64,000 nt of DNA. It comes from Dudresnaya verticillata. Taxonomy: Eukaryota. This document shows positions 10,825 through 21,109 of the stretch, in pieces. The DNA lies in assembly GCA_977862235.1 (NCBI GenBank), contig OZ374563.1, positions 1,612,001 through 1,676,000 on the forward strand, written 5' to 3'. Both the position numbers and the translations under genes were made by a program. How positions within the stretch are numbered: the first letter of the stretch is position 1; every line of letters begins with the position of its first letter. The notes beneath the pieces were generated by a model. The model worked only from the letters and a program-made list of their open reading frames with translations, searched no databases and was not told where the DNA came from.

Positions 10825-11872
10825 TTGTGGGCAGAAGGTTCTAGGACCCATCGAAAGCAGCAACGAAACTGATAATGAATGATAATGATTAAATGCATGT
10901 AGTATAGGATATTGAAATACTTAGAGTCTGTATAAGGGTTGAAGATGTACTCACTTGCCATATAGTGTAGCCTGGCTGCAACTTAGAATTCCTCTAGGCG
11001 TCTCTAAATAAATGAAACATTTCGATAATGGTGTTGATGAGTAGAACAAATATTCTTCATTACTCTATCTTGGCAGCCAAACTCCGGACGCAGTACGTAA
11101 CGAGGGTCCATCCGTTTGCTCATACGTTGTCTGAGAGTAGAAGCTTCTTACAGAAAAGTTTATTGGCTTATTAGCATGGAGTGCGCTTATTGGCGATGGG
11201 AAAGGCTGTTGTTTCAATGCATGCTCGTGTGATGGTTCTGAACTCCTCATCATCGATATGCTGAAGAAATAACTTTTGGCCAACCCAATGTATCATTGAA
11301 CTTTCCGCGGTTAGAAACAGAAGCAGAAACGGGGTGCGTGAGAAAATGCCGAGATCCACATTTGTTATTTTTGTCCTTTGGAGCCATAATTTGCTCACTA
11401 TCATACGCTTGGACAGGCTTCAGCATAATGTTTGCAACTGAGATGGAAGAGGCTGAAAATATATCGCTATATCCTTCTATTCTATGTAAGGAATATCTGC
11501 TGACTGCATTTGCTCCTGCAAATGGGCCCTAGCTAGCCGGATCAATCTGAAAAACGCAAAATCCTTTTGAGCACTTGTAAGCACCTTCTGCGAGAGCAAA
11601 TAGAGTGCTTGTACCTGTAGACGATGAAGGAGAATAAAGCTCGACAGGATCAGGTCCCGGATGCGGATTCCAAAATACTGGTCTCTCTACTCTCAGTCTG
11701 CATGTTTTAACGGAAAGGGAGGCATACAGTATGCCGCATACTCATGGATGGCCAAGGAGATCCACGTAGCCAGGGTGCGATGCATAACACGGGCATAGAG
11801 AGAACTGTGTGAAGCACATTTGATGAGCGTGGTACGCTATCGGGGCATGGGCACCAGGGACTCAGAACTCAA

Positions 11873-11976
11873 CCATTCTCTTCTCCTATCTCCAAACGCA
11901 CACCAAAAAGTCCCACCGCCACGACACGGCCGTTGCACCCCCGAAGCTTGCAGGGCAAGCGCATGAAGTCTGAATA
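11873..11976 (+). pseudogene. Decayed 3' fragment of the ELO elongase gene
   Basis: Matches 6040-6164 with a deletion and substitutions, including the terminal AAGTCTGAATAG (KSE*). Confidence 0.75.
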
Positions 11977-12589
11977 GCTACTCGCTTGCACTTTTTGTGT
12001 TGCTTCACACTTCTGCAATACTGCCAGGCAACCCGGCGCAAGCTCTGCATATTCTCCTCCTCCTCCTCGTCTCCCGCGACGCGATTGCCGTTTCCGCGAG
12101 CTCCCACCACAGTTGTGTGCCTATTCTTCTCTATTTGCGAGTGGAGCTACACAAGTATTATTATCTTATTATTCAACAAACGAGCAACAAAACGTGTTAA
12201 CCGTTCAAGCTAGCGGTATTATCGCAATCAAATCCAGTGACACAAGTTCAGGGCTCGGTCGGGTCTGGTTCGAAATATCTATAAAAGAAATGAGCAAAAA
12301 AGCGCAGCAGCGCCGACGAGCAGCGCCACCGCCGGCTGGAAAGCAAAAGAGAAAATACAACTCCGAATGGTGGGTGCGGCTGTTGCAGAACGGTAGCACG
12401 ACCAATGCTCAACACGGAAGGCTGACGAGAAACACTACCGAAGCCCTGCCCGTAACACTGTCCGCGTTCTGCAGAGTGGAACGGGAAGCCCTGGTTAGTA
12501 GCGAGCATCAGATAAGAACTGGGACAGCCAGCTGACCTGGCGTGACGCAATACAATCCAGCGTTGACACACTCCACGCCACCCAGCAAT

Positions 12590-12913
12590 ATGTCGAACGA
12601 AGATGACCCCTCGAACAAGGAGCAAAACAAAGTGAAGGCCAAGGCGACAGGAGATTTGGACAAGGTCACTGACTATGTTGAGGAGAAGGAAATGGACTCT
12701 GCCAAGGTCGCCGACTCCATTCGCGCCATGCTCGGGAGCGCGTCCACGGCGAAGAAAAATGCTGCGGAGAAGGAGCTCATGAGTGTCAAGATTCAGCAGG
12801 CGGATGTACAGTTGATCGTGGACGAGCTCGATCTGGAGCCGAAAGACGCAGAGCGCGCGTTGCGGAAAGCCCGCGGAAACGTTGTTGCGGCGCTATGCGC
12901 GCTCGTACGGTAG
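12590..12913 (+). CDS. HYPK: HYPK-like protein, copy 2
   Basis: By eye identical to copy 1 except one substitution (Ala/Ser near the N-terminus). Confidence 0.9.
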   Translation: MSNEDDPSNKEQNKVKAKATGDLDKVTDYVEEKEMDSAKVADSIRAMLGSASTAKKNAAEKELMSVKIQQADVQLIVDELDLEPKDAERALRKARGNVVAALCALVR

Positions 12914-13111
12914 AAAATGGGGGTTATCGGGCGGTTGGGTTGCGGACGGGTCAATGCGGGAAACTTTGCGATGGATCGAAATGCACTTGCGCGATGGGAC
13001 GTGGCTTTTTACTGTACAAAGTTCGAGAGGATTGAGTGTGGGAACCGTTGAGACATCCTCGAGTGCTATGAACAGTCTCTAGACAGAGGTTACAGGTACT
13101 GTGGGAGTAAC

Positions 13112-13743
13112 TCACACGGTTTTCAATGCTTCGCGTGTGTCTTCCGTTTCTTCGCTCGGCTTGATGCCGAACTCGACGAGCTTTTTGATGATTTGCTTCC
13201 AGTCCATTGGCTACGCAGTTGTCGAAAAAGGACATTATTGCTCGTTCAAGATGGTTAGTATCGTTCGCAAGTCTTCTACACAACAACTGCTTCGGGGTAA
13301 CGCGGGGCGCAATGGAGAAGCGGCACAGAAGCACTTACAGCAAGATCTATTTCGGACACCTCCTTGCCGTCTTCGTACAGATGCAGCACGGGATCGCGTC
13401 CGGGAATAAAGTCGACCTTGAGGTTGGGTTCGAAGAGTTTGGCATGTGTGTAGACAAACTTTTTCACCAGGGGCAACGCGTTGAGACGGCAGCGCGGGCA
13501 CGTGACAATCTTTCCAGTTTTCGCGACAGTCTTGCCCGCGGCAAGTTGAGCAGATTCTTGCACGGCTTTCACGCCCTCGCTTCCAACAACGGCAACTTTT
13601 TCTGCAGACTTCGAGAACATGGCATGACCGGGCGTCGTGAGCGCGACCAAAGCCGTGACAGTAACCACGAACGCCGCGATCATCTTGACCCGCTTCGGCA
13701 GGTTGGCAAGGTCCATCACTCCTCGTGATAATTTCAGAGCCAT
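13112..13743 (-). CDS. SelM/Sep15 (SELENOF/M)-family ER thioredoxin-fold protein, Cys form; exons 13743-13339 and 13210-13112
   Basis: Hydrophobic N-terminal segment, then CPRCRLNALPLVKKF and VDFIPGRDPVLHLYE.G..V.EIDL. A 128-bp intron (GTAAGT...TACTAAC...TAG) joins in frame to PMDWKQIIKKLVEFG...TV*. Confidence 0.85.
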
Positions 13744-14320
13744 ATCCTTGTCTTCGTCTCAGTTAGCTTGCGCTAACCTTTTGCCGGCCGGTCGCGCTGG
13801 TGTAGTAGAAACGGTAGTTGCAGGATGAGCTTCGACAAAGGCGAAGACAGGAACAGAGGTGATTCGAAGTCCTTTCGCTCAATTCGGCTACTGTGCTGTC
13901 CTTCTGTCACCGGAAGGGATTCACATATTGATTGATTGATCCATGGAAATGCGCCGTGAACCGTCAGAACCTCGCGTATTTTATTCGAAAAAGAACTTGT
14001 CTCTGTGGAGCAACGCGGAGAGCCTCAATTCACCTGCTCTTTCTTGCGTCACGCAGATCCCAGGAGAGCACCAACGAACCAGAGGTGATGACCACGCCTC
14101 TTGCACGACCAAAGTTTGGAACGGGACCAGGTTCTGAGCTGAACAAGGTGTTGAGAAGCGTAACCTATTCACCAGGGCACAGGTTCTGCTCTATGCTTTG
14201 GAACGTTTCCAGTTAGAGCAGTGCGAGTGGTGCCACGCAAAACCAAGGCATTTGCATTTGCAATACATTGAACGCTCTGTGGCATCTCAGTTGCCACCGG
14301 GAATCTGAGTCAAGCACGAG

Positions 14321-15085
14321 ATGCGGATCATGTCCCGTTTCCGAAGCTCAGCTTTCGTGCCATGCCATCTGCCAATACAGACGGGGCTTGGAAGAGCGAG
14401 ATCAACATGTCGGACAGTGATGAAGCAGAAGACGATTCCATTAAGCAAAAGCACAGCACTGATCCTGGCTGCTTCGTCCGGAGTCCTTGGCCCACTTTTG
14501 GACAATTACCATTCTAGGTTTCATATCTTGAGGTACAATGAGCCTTTGGAACTGAGCCTCAACGTGCAAGGGCATCAACTGTTTTCGTTCACGACGGCTC
14601 CATTCACATCGCCGCTGTTCGTTGTGGCTGGACTGATGATAAGCATTGGGACATTGGCTATCAACCGTTACTTCGCAGAGAAGCACACATCATCTGCGGA
14701 ATCGATATCAATGCCACGTGCCCTTGCTACAGTCGCAGCGTTTTCAGCGATATATTACCTTTCCGCGGTTCTGCCGTGCACCGACTTTCGATACGCCACA
14801 GGTCCCTTGTTGACCGCGCTCGCGGCTCTTGAATGGTACATGTTGGACGGCAGCATGGGCGGGCTGATAATGGGGATACTCACTGCTATCGGTGGTCCAT
14901 GCGTGGAAATGGGGCTCATCAACTGGGCGGGACTATACACATACAGCTCGCCAGAGTGGTGCGGCATACCTCTTTTCATCAGCGCGGTGTATTTCGCAGG
15001 TGGTCCAGCAGTGGGGAACCTCGCTCGGGGCGTGCAGGGAGGCATGAGACAGGGCGAGGACGCAGGGCGTGGAGTCACGGGTTAG
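14321..15085 (+). CDS. Conserved multi-pass membrane protein, possibly plastid-targeted (INSIG-like/algal-plant conserved type)
   Basis: Transit-peptide-like start (SAFVP...), several TM segments, and GPLLD..H, GP.VE..LI..GLY.Y..P and YFAGGPAVGNLAR motifs. Confidence 0.7.
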   Translation: MRIMSRFRSSAFVPCHLPIQTGLGRARSTCRTVMKQKTIPLSKSTALILAASSGVLGPLLDNYHSRFHILRYNEPLELSLNVQGHQLFSFTTAPFTSPLFVVAGLMISIGTLAINRYFAEKHTSSAESISMPRALATVAAFSAIYYLSAVLPCTDFRYATGPLLTALAALEWYMLDGSMGGLIMGILTAIGGPCVEMGLINWAGLYTYSSPEWCGIPLFISAVYFAGGPAVGNLARGVQGGMRQGEDAGRGVTG

Positions 15086-15113
15086 CATAGTAAGATTTAC
15101 TGTGTGTCTCGAG

Positions 15114-15629
15114 CTATTCGCCGATGGCTTTGAGTGCGGTATTCGAGTTGAACAATGCGAGACTTGCGGCAGCGGAACCAGAGAGTAGGAGGTTGAGATC
15201 GCCGCCGACCTTCTCTGCGAGGAGGTAGTTTGCGAGCAGCGGGGTGATGAGCATGAAGATGGCATTGTTGTATGCGCACGAGTACCACAGGCTCGCGTTG
15301 GCGATCTTGCCCTCAAACGACCGCTGCGCGGCTTCGTATTCCTTCGGCTTACCCTTGTACGTGCCCTTCGTCGGGGGAGCGGCTGCGCGGCGGATGCGTG
15401 CAGCCTTGGCGAAGGCGAGGTTGTGGTACGACATCGAGAGGATCACTGTCGATGCCATTATGCCCAGAGTTAGGGTGACCTGCGAGGATTGCAGGTCGAT
15501 TAGAAAGATGCGCACGAACAATATGGCGGTGGAGACCACAGCCTCCAGCGCTAGGAAGAGGTAAATTAGGCGCTTGAAGACGGTCGGGCGGCGCCCAAAG
15601 TCGTCCATCATGTCGAACTCGTCCACCAT
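15114..15629 (-). CDS. SSR3: Translocon-associated protein gamma
   Basis: Four-TM layout matching TRAP-gamma: DF.R near the N-terminus, RI..ID, ST..L...Y.N..F, S..YNN..F and N..LS.S.A..L. Confidence 0.8.
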   Translation of the reverse strand: MVDEFDMMDDFGRRPTVFKRLIYLFLALEAVVSTAILFVRIFLIDLQSSQVTLTLGIMASTVILSMSYHNLAFAKAARIRRAAAPPTKGTYKGKPKEYEAAQRSFEGKIANASLWYSCAYNNAIFMLITPLLANYLLAEKVGGDLNLLLSGSAAASLALFNSNTALKAIGE

Positions 15630-16416
15630 GGCTGGGGAATTGATGCCGTGCAGATTTTGGGGTTGGTGTGGTGCGGTCCGAAGGAAGAGACGGACTGCGA
15701 GAATGGGAAGGGGATCGATGATCGGTGGTAGCAAAGGAGTTCAAAACACAGTTGCTTGAGGTAATTGTAAACGGCGTGGTCAGTGGTGCCGGAACACAAA
15801 ACAGAACTCCTTCAGGAATGCGGACTCTCAGAAGGGGGCGACCGATGCATTGCAGATTTGCAGGTCAGTCTTTTTGGGGATGGCGCTTCGGATCTGGAAT
15901 TGGATCTCGGAAATAAATTGGATCCCAAATGGACTTTGCTGAATCGGGATTTATGATAGCCTCAAATCGGGATTGCACAGTGTTGGGAGCAATGAGGGCC
16001 AATGGACGGGGTGCTTACAGAAGCCGTCGGGAGGTGCGTGGAACTTGTGTTCTGTGTGCATACGTCTGTGGTGCGGGCGGCATCGTAAGAAAAGGGCCTT
16101 GCGTGTCCGTCGCGTTCAAGTCGGGCCGTTGCATTGCGCCCGCGCAACCCCAATACCGACTTTGCCGCAACCGCCCGCCATCGCCGACGAGTGACACACC
16201 CCGCCTTGCTCACGAAATTCCCGCACCGGCCGCCCGGCCCCTTCGCGTACCACTTGACCGCGTCCCACACGCCTTCCGCCCGCCCTCGCTCCGCGCACGC
16301 CGCAACTCTCCGCCACACTGGAGCGCGCGCCGCACAGCCCGGCGCGTCGCCGGCGGACCTCGTCGCAACCAAAGCTGCGCCTATCCCACTCGCCGCGCGC
16401 TCGCGCCGCGGCCGCC

Positions 16417-17088
16417 ATGGCCGCGGGCGCCTCGCCGCCACCCGCTACTGCCAAGGACGGCCAAGAGGATGGCGAGCCGTCCACCCCGCCCCCGCCTTGC
16501 CCGCGCACGCTCGGCACCGCCACCTTTCTCACGCCTGGCCAGCGATTTTCGGGTAGCCAGACTGTCAATGCGCCGCAGTCGAAGGAGAACGACGAATGGA
16601 GGGTTAACGTGGTTATACAGGGTCTGGACCTTCCCAGGGGAACCATCTGTGGTTCTATGGAGGCTCTTGACGTCCCCAAGGCCGTCTCACCTGTAGTAAC
16701 GTTTTGGCGAGGCGAGATAATTGACAACTGCAACTACTTTTTTTGGACGGGCAGGTGGGATGCCGAGGTCGAGCAGGATGTCGACCATTGGAAGAAGTTT
16801 GTCGCCTTTGGGCCTTTGCAAGCCAGAGTTCGTCGCGATCGAGGAGATGATATCGATCTCTCGCAATCACGTTACATCTTTATGCGTTGGAAAGAGATCT
16901 TCTTCGTCAGCCCAGGCGAGGATTGTGGCTTGACCATCGCAGGCTTTTATTACGTTTGCATGGACCGACACACCGGTGCAGTCCTGGGCTATTACTATGA
17001 CCCTCACAGCCAACCGTATCAAAGGTTACAGCTTAATGCTGGGTCGAGTCTATCTGGTTTCTCGTTTGGAGAATATGAGTTCAACTAG
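16417..17088 (+). CDS. GID4: GID4/Vid24 substrate receptor of the GID/CTLH E3 ligase
   Basis: FL.PG..F.GSQ, VTFW.GEIID, FMRWKE.FFV, TIAGFYY and GYYYDP.S.PYQ.L.L motifs. Confidence 0.93.
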   Translation: MAAGASPPPATAKDGQEDGEPSTPPPPCPRTLGTATFLTPGQRFSGSQTVNAPQSKENDEWRVNVVIQGLDLPRGTICGSMEALDVPKAVSPVVTFWRGEIIDNCNYFFWTGRWDAEVEQDVDHWKKFVAFGPLQARVRRDRGDDIDLSQSRYIFMRWKEIFFVSPGEDCGLTIAGFYYVCMDRHTGAVLGYYYDPHSQPYQRLQLNAGSSLSGFSFGEYEFN

Positions 17089-17488
17089 TCGAAGCATCTC
17101 CCCAACCTTTGGCCTCCAATTCCCGCTGCGCTTGCTCTGACATGCTGCGCAGAATTGCACAACAATTGAAGCGAGCTCTTGTTTGTGAGCAGACCCTGAA
17201 CGTCTACACAAACCAGTTTTCGGGTTGTTGTTTATCGCTTTGCGTTGCGGAAGAGTAACTGTTCTCTATGTACCGCGATTGTAATGCCGCGCCTAGTCAG
17301 TCTGTATCACAGTCCTTCTTCGCAAGCGCATGCCACGGGCGTCTTCGCTTCTGAAGCGAAACAACCTATTAGCAGCACAATCCTATCAACAACTTTGGCT
17401 ACTGACATCTGCGAAATCCGAGGGAAGCCGACACTGTCCTTGCAGCACAGTTACCACCATTGCCCTGACATAGTGTCTTTGTAAATTA

Positions 17489-19540
17489 TCATCGCTTGCC
17501 TTGTTTTTTTTGTCGCTTACCCTTCTGTGCTCGTTGCTGGGAGTAGCCATTCTCTCGTTCGCCATTCTCTCGCTTCCGCTTCAACTTTTGTTTCTCACCA
17601 GCTGTCAGGTTCTGTCTGTCGGAACGAGACTTTTGCTCCTTTACCGGCTTTAGACCGCGTTCCTTTCTTGCCTTCTCTCTCACCTCCATCTTCTCACCCT
17701 CGTTCTGGAACCATGTCCTAGCAGGCCGTGCATAAATGTCTTCGGAGTGCTGCATGATGTTGCTGGCCTTCTTCAGCTCCATTTCCGCGAGTCGCATCTC
17801 CTTCTCCTGACGTTCTTCTTTCAAAACGTCCTTGACAGCTGGCTCAAGGTTGTCAATCCAAGCCCTCCACTTACCGATTACAGATGGGGGAACGATTCGA
17901 GCAGTAAGCTTCCCTGCAGCTCGCTTCGACACCGCCTTCAGCAGCCTTCTTTCATCGTTGTTCCCGCTGCATACTATGCTGCAAGCACAGCCCTCATGGC
18001 CAGCACGAGCAGTGCGGCCAACTCGATGGACGTACTCCTTCACCTCCGACGGCATGTCATAGTTAATTACAGTTTCTACCCCAGCAATATCGAGGCCCCG
18101 TGCCGCAAGATCTGTACACAAGAGAAAGTCAACGCTGCCTTCTCGAAAACTGTCGAGGGCAGATAAGCGCTGTGCTTGGGTGAGGTTACCGTGCAGCTCC
18201 GCTGATTTCAATTTTGTCAGGCCGAACAGAATCTTAAATCGATGAGCAACAACCTTTTGTCTGAAGAAGATTATCGTCCGTGTCCTGTACGTCCTGGTCA
18301 CCAGAGAAAACAGCACTGCGTCTTTGCTGGCTTCAAATGCCGGTTTTAACTTGACAAACTCCTGCGAAAGAGTGGTTGCAACGTCATAAACTGGGTCAAT
18401 TTGCAAGTTGATCGGATTCTGTAAAGACAGTTTGATAAGCCCCTTCAACCCCGATGTCATCGTGGCAGAGAACAGCAGTGTTTGTCTCCCTGCTGCGGGA
18501 GTGTTGCGGACAATTTCTTCCACCTCTGCCTGGAACCCCATCTCCAACAGTCTATCTGCCTCGTCCATGATGAGAACCTCAACATCATCCAAAGAAAAGC
18601 TGTGTGCATTCCGCATATGATCAATAAGGCGACCAGGCGTGGCGACAATAATGTGTGGTCGAGTACGTAGCGCAACTTCCTGGTTCTTGTTCGAAAGACC
18701 CCCGACTGTGAGTGCAGCCCGAATTGACGTATATTTGGACAAGCTGACTATCACAGAATGACATTGCGCCGCGAGCTCACGCGTTGGAAGCAAGATTACG
18801 ACACGGGTAGCATTGTCAATGCCGGATTGAAGAAGTCGCTCTAGGACCGGCAGGACAAATGCACCAGTCTTCCCAGAACCCGTGACGGCGCTTCCACATA
18901 CGTCTCTTCCAGCGAGAATGTACGGTATCCCAGACGCCTGAATTGGAGTCGGCTCCTTCCAGTCCAGTTGGTCAACGGCCTTCAACAGGGGTCTGGACAA
19001 ATGAAGGTCTAGAAACGAATTTGCCGAGGCCTTTTCCTTCCGTAAACGCTTCTTTCCCTTCTTCTTCTCCGGCTCAACTACGGTTGGTTGAGGAGAATCT
19101 GAGTCCTTCCCGGCCGCACCTTCAAGCACCTTCTTCTCTTTGGCCTTCTTTGATACGATTTTTTCTTTCTCTTTGCCACTACCCGCTTCTTTCAGTTTGC
19201 CATTGCCAAAAGTGCCTCTGTCGGCCTTACGCTTCAGATCCTGCTCATCGCTGGCCGTCGGGTAATGCTGCTGCAACGACGGAAGCTTAGTGAGCGTGGC
19301 GCGAATCTTTTCATCGACTGAAGTCTGAAATGGGCGAGGAGCTTCAGCCTCACGTCTGGCGTCTGCCAAGTTCCACCCAGCGGGACGTTCTGTTTGAAAG
19401 AACGATTGATGAGCACCTCCTTCGGCGTCACTGCCGAACTCCAGCTCTGACGCGTCGTCGTCCCAGTCGGAACCTCCCGTGGGCTCATCTAGTGTGCGAA
19501 CAAAGCCGTCTGGGTCTTCCATGAAGGCTCCAGTCACCAT
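17489..19540 (-). CDS. DDX27: DEAD-box RNA helicase DDX27/Drs1-like (ribosome biogenesis)
   Basis: Q motif PTPIQ, A.TGSGKT, PTRELA, TPGRL, DEAD, SAT and HRVGRTAR. Drs1-typical C-terminal coiled coil with RP.RTWF. Confidence 0.9.
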   Translation of the reverse strand: MVTGAFMEDPDGFVRTLDEPTGGSDWDDDASELEFGSDAEGGAHQSFFQTERPAGWNLADARREAEAPRPFQTSVDEKIRATLTKLPSLQQHYPTASDEQDLKRKADRGTFGNGKLKEAGSGKEKEKIVSKKAKEKKVLEGAAGKDSDSPQPTVVEPEKKKGKKRLRKEKASANSFLDLHLSRPLLKAVDQLDWKEPTPIQASGIPYILAGRDVCGSAVTGSGKTGAFVLPVLERLLQSGIDNATRVVILLPTRELAAQCHSVIVSLSKYTSIRAALTVGGLSNKNQEVALRTRPHIIVATPGRLIDHMRNAHSFSLDDVEVLIMDEADRLLEMGFQAEVEEIVRNTPAAGRQTLLFSATMTSGLKGLIKLSLQNPINLQIDPVYDVATTLSQEFVKLKPAFEASKDAVLFSLVTRTYRTRTIIFFRQKVVAHRFKILFGLTKLKSAELHGNLTQAQRLSALDSFREGSVDFLLCTDLAARGLDIAGVETVINYDMPSEVKEYVHRVGRTARAGHEGCACSIVCSGNNDERRLLKAVSKRAAGKLTARIVPPSVIGKWRAWIDNLEPAVKDVLKEERQEKEMRLAEMELKKASNIMQHSEDIYARPARTWFQNEGEKMEVREKARKERGLKPVKEQKSRSDRQNLTAGEKQKLKRKRENGERENGYSQQRAQKGKRQKKQGKR

Positions 19541-19985
19541 GGTGTGGTTTGGGTCCGTGCGGCAGCCAGCGCAATGGATGTCTACTTCATCGGCGGCGGC
19601 GTAGGCTTTTGTTTCGTTTTGAGCTGGTCACACTTTGTTGCCGCGTGATTATTGCTGCGATGAAATACGTGACACAAAGTGGTAGTTTTCGGGAAAACTG
19701 TGACAGAGTTTTGAAATAATTTGACAGTAAGGCGTTTTTGGAGGCGAAACGTTGGCCTTCGCGTCACCGAAACCTGAAGATCCATCACCAAGCCCCCCGG
19801 CAATCATTTGAAGTTGGCGCTTGTGACGATTCGCTTATCGCGGCGCCCCCCCTTTTCGCTTTGCATTCATCTTTCACCGTCCGAGGGGAGCACCGAGTTT
19901 CGAGTTCGCATCCCGTGCGCATCCGTCGGTCGCCCTTCCTTGAATTGGGAGCGCTGTTCCTGCGAAGGTCTCCCTTCCATCCAGG

Positions 19986-20609
19986 ATGGCGTCTGTGCCA
20001 CCGCCGACGCAGTCAGCGTCCGCGCCTGCCGTGGGAGGCGGCGCGAACATGTTTGCGCGCTCGCTCTTTTCGATGGCGAACATCTCATCCGTCACCAAGG
20101 TCGTGTCGTCTTCCGTGCCCGCCCTGGGGCCGCACTCAGAGGCGGCGCGGACACACGTATCAGCCCTTTGGACGTCTGCCAAGCCGTGGGCGGAGTTCTT
20201 CAACGGCAAGAAGTTCGTGCCGCCCGCGTCTCCATCAGAGCTGCAAGAACGCCTCATGGACAACCTCACCTACTTTTCGGCCAACTATATGCTTTGCTTT
20301 CTGGTGCTGTCAACGGCGAGTGTGCTCATTCATCCGCTTTCGTTTCTCTGCGTCTTGCTGCTTGCGGCGCTGTACGTGTACATGTTCTTGCAACACCAAG
20401 ACACGCTCAAGGTAGGTCCCCTTCAGCTCGCTCAGAATGGCAAGTTGGTATCATATGCAGTAATCGCTTTTGTTCTTTTGTACCTCACAAACGCCATCGG
20501 CATTATCGGGTCATGGGCTCTGTTTGGCATCTTTCTCAGCCTAATACATGCCGGTTGTCGGGTATCTGCGAAGGAACCGGATTTTGACTCCCCAGTCAAC
20601 TCTGTATAG
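19986..20609 (+). CDS. PRA1 family (prenylated Rab acceptor) protein
   Basis: KPW.EF, R...NL.YF.ANY, two hydrophobic hairpins and a terminal HA..R. Confidence 0.92.
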   Translation: MASVPPPTQSASAPAVGGGANMFARSLFSMANISSVTKVVSSSVPALGPHSEAARTHVSALWTSAKPWAEFFNGKKFVPPASPSELQERLMDNLTYFSANYMLCFLVLSTASVLIHPLSFLCVLLLAALYVYMFLQHQDTLKVGPLQLAQNGKLVSYAVIAFVLLYLTNAIGIIGSWALFGIFLSLIHAGCRVSAKEPDFDSPVNSV

Positions 20610-21109
20610 TATTCGGGGGTGGCATAACGGTGTTAAGTGTAAATTGTTGTAGGGATTCGTTCGTTCCAGCTCCTGCCGGTCACCGCTTGCGAGTGGCATA
20701 TTCTGGTCTTCCATGATAGGTGTCTTTTGCTGAGATTCTTGTTGGTTGAGCATGCGACTTCCAACAGGCCATCGAGTTTGCCCGACCGCTGTTGTGCTGT
20801 AGAAGGTGGAGGAGTACTCCGACGCCATGCGTACCTGAAACAGTAGAGCAGGGTCTGGCGTTGCGGCGAAGCAGCACCACCTGGTCGAGCACTTCCTTTT
20901 CCTTTTTCTTTTTTACTCTCTCAACAGGGTACACGAACACCATTCAAGCTCTGACATGTGCCGAGAAACCTAGCTGGCTTTTGCAAATACAGATTATTAA
21001 CAAGAGTCGCCTCCCATTTTGTGTTTGAGTGACACCATACCGTGTTCGAAACTACGATATGCAGCCAAACATAAGGGAAACGGGGCTCATACGGTGAGCA
21101 GTGACGCAG

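Larger units (their letters stand above)
11873..13425 (+). repeat. Segmental direct duplication, copy B
   Basis: Starts with a decayed ELO 3' end (CCATTCTCTTCTCCTA...CACCAAAAAG...AGCTTGCAGG...AAGTCTGAATAGC). Continues through HYPK into the intact SelM-like gene. Confidence 0.9.

Noticed and set aside
7832..11872. Insert as an autonomous transposon or viral element
   Set aside because: No terminal inverted repeats, LTRs, or transposase, RT, integrase or capsid motifs were recognisable.
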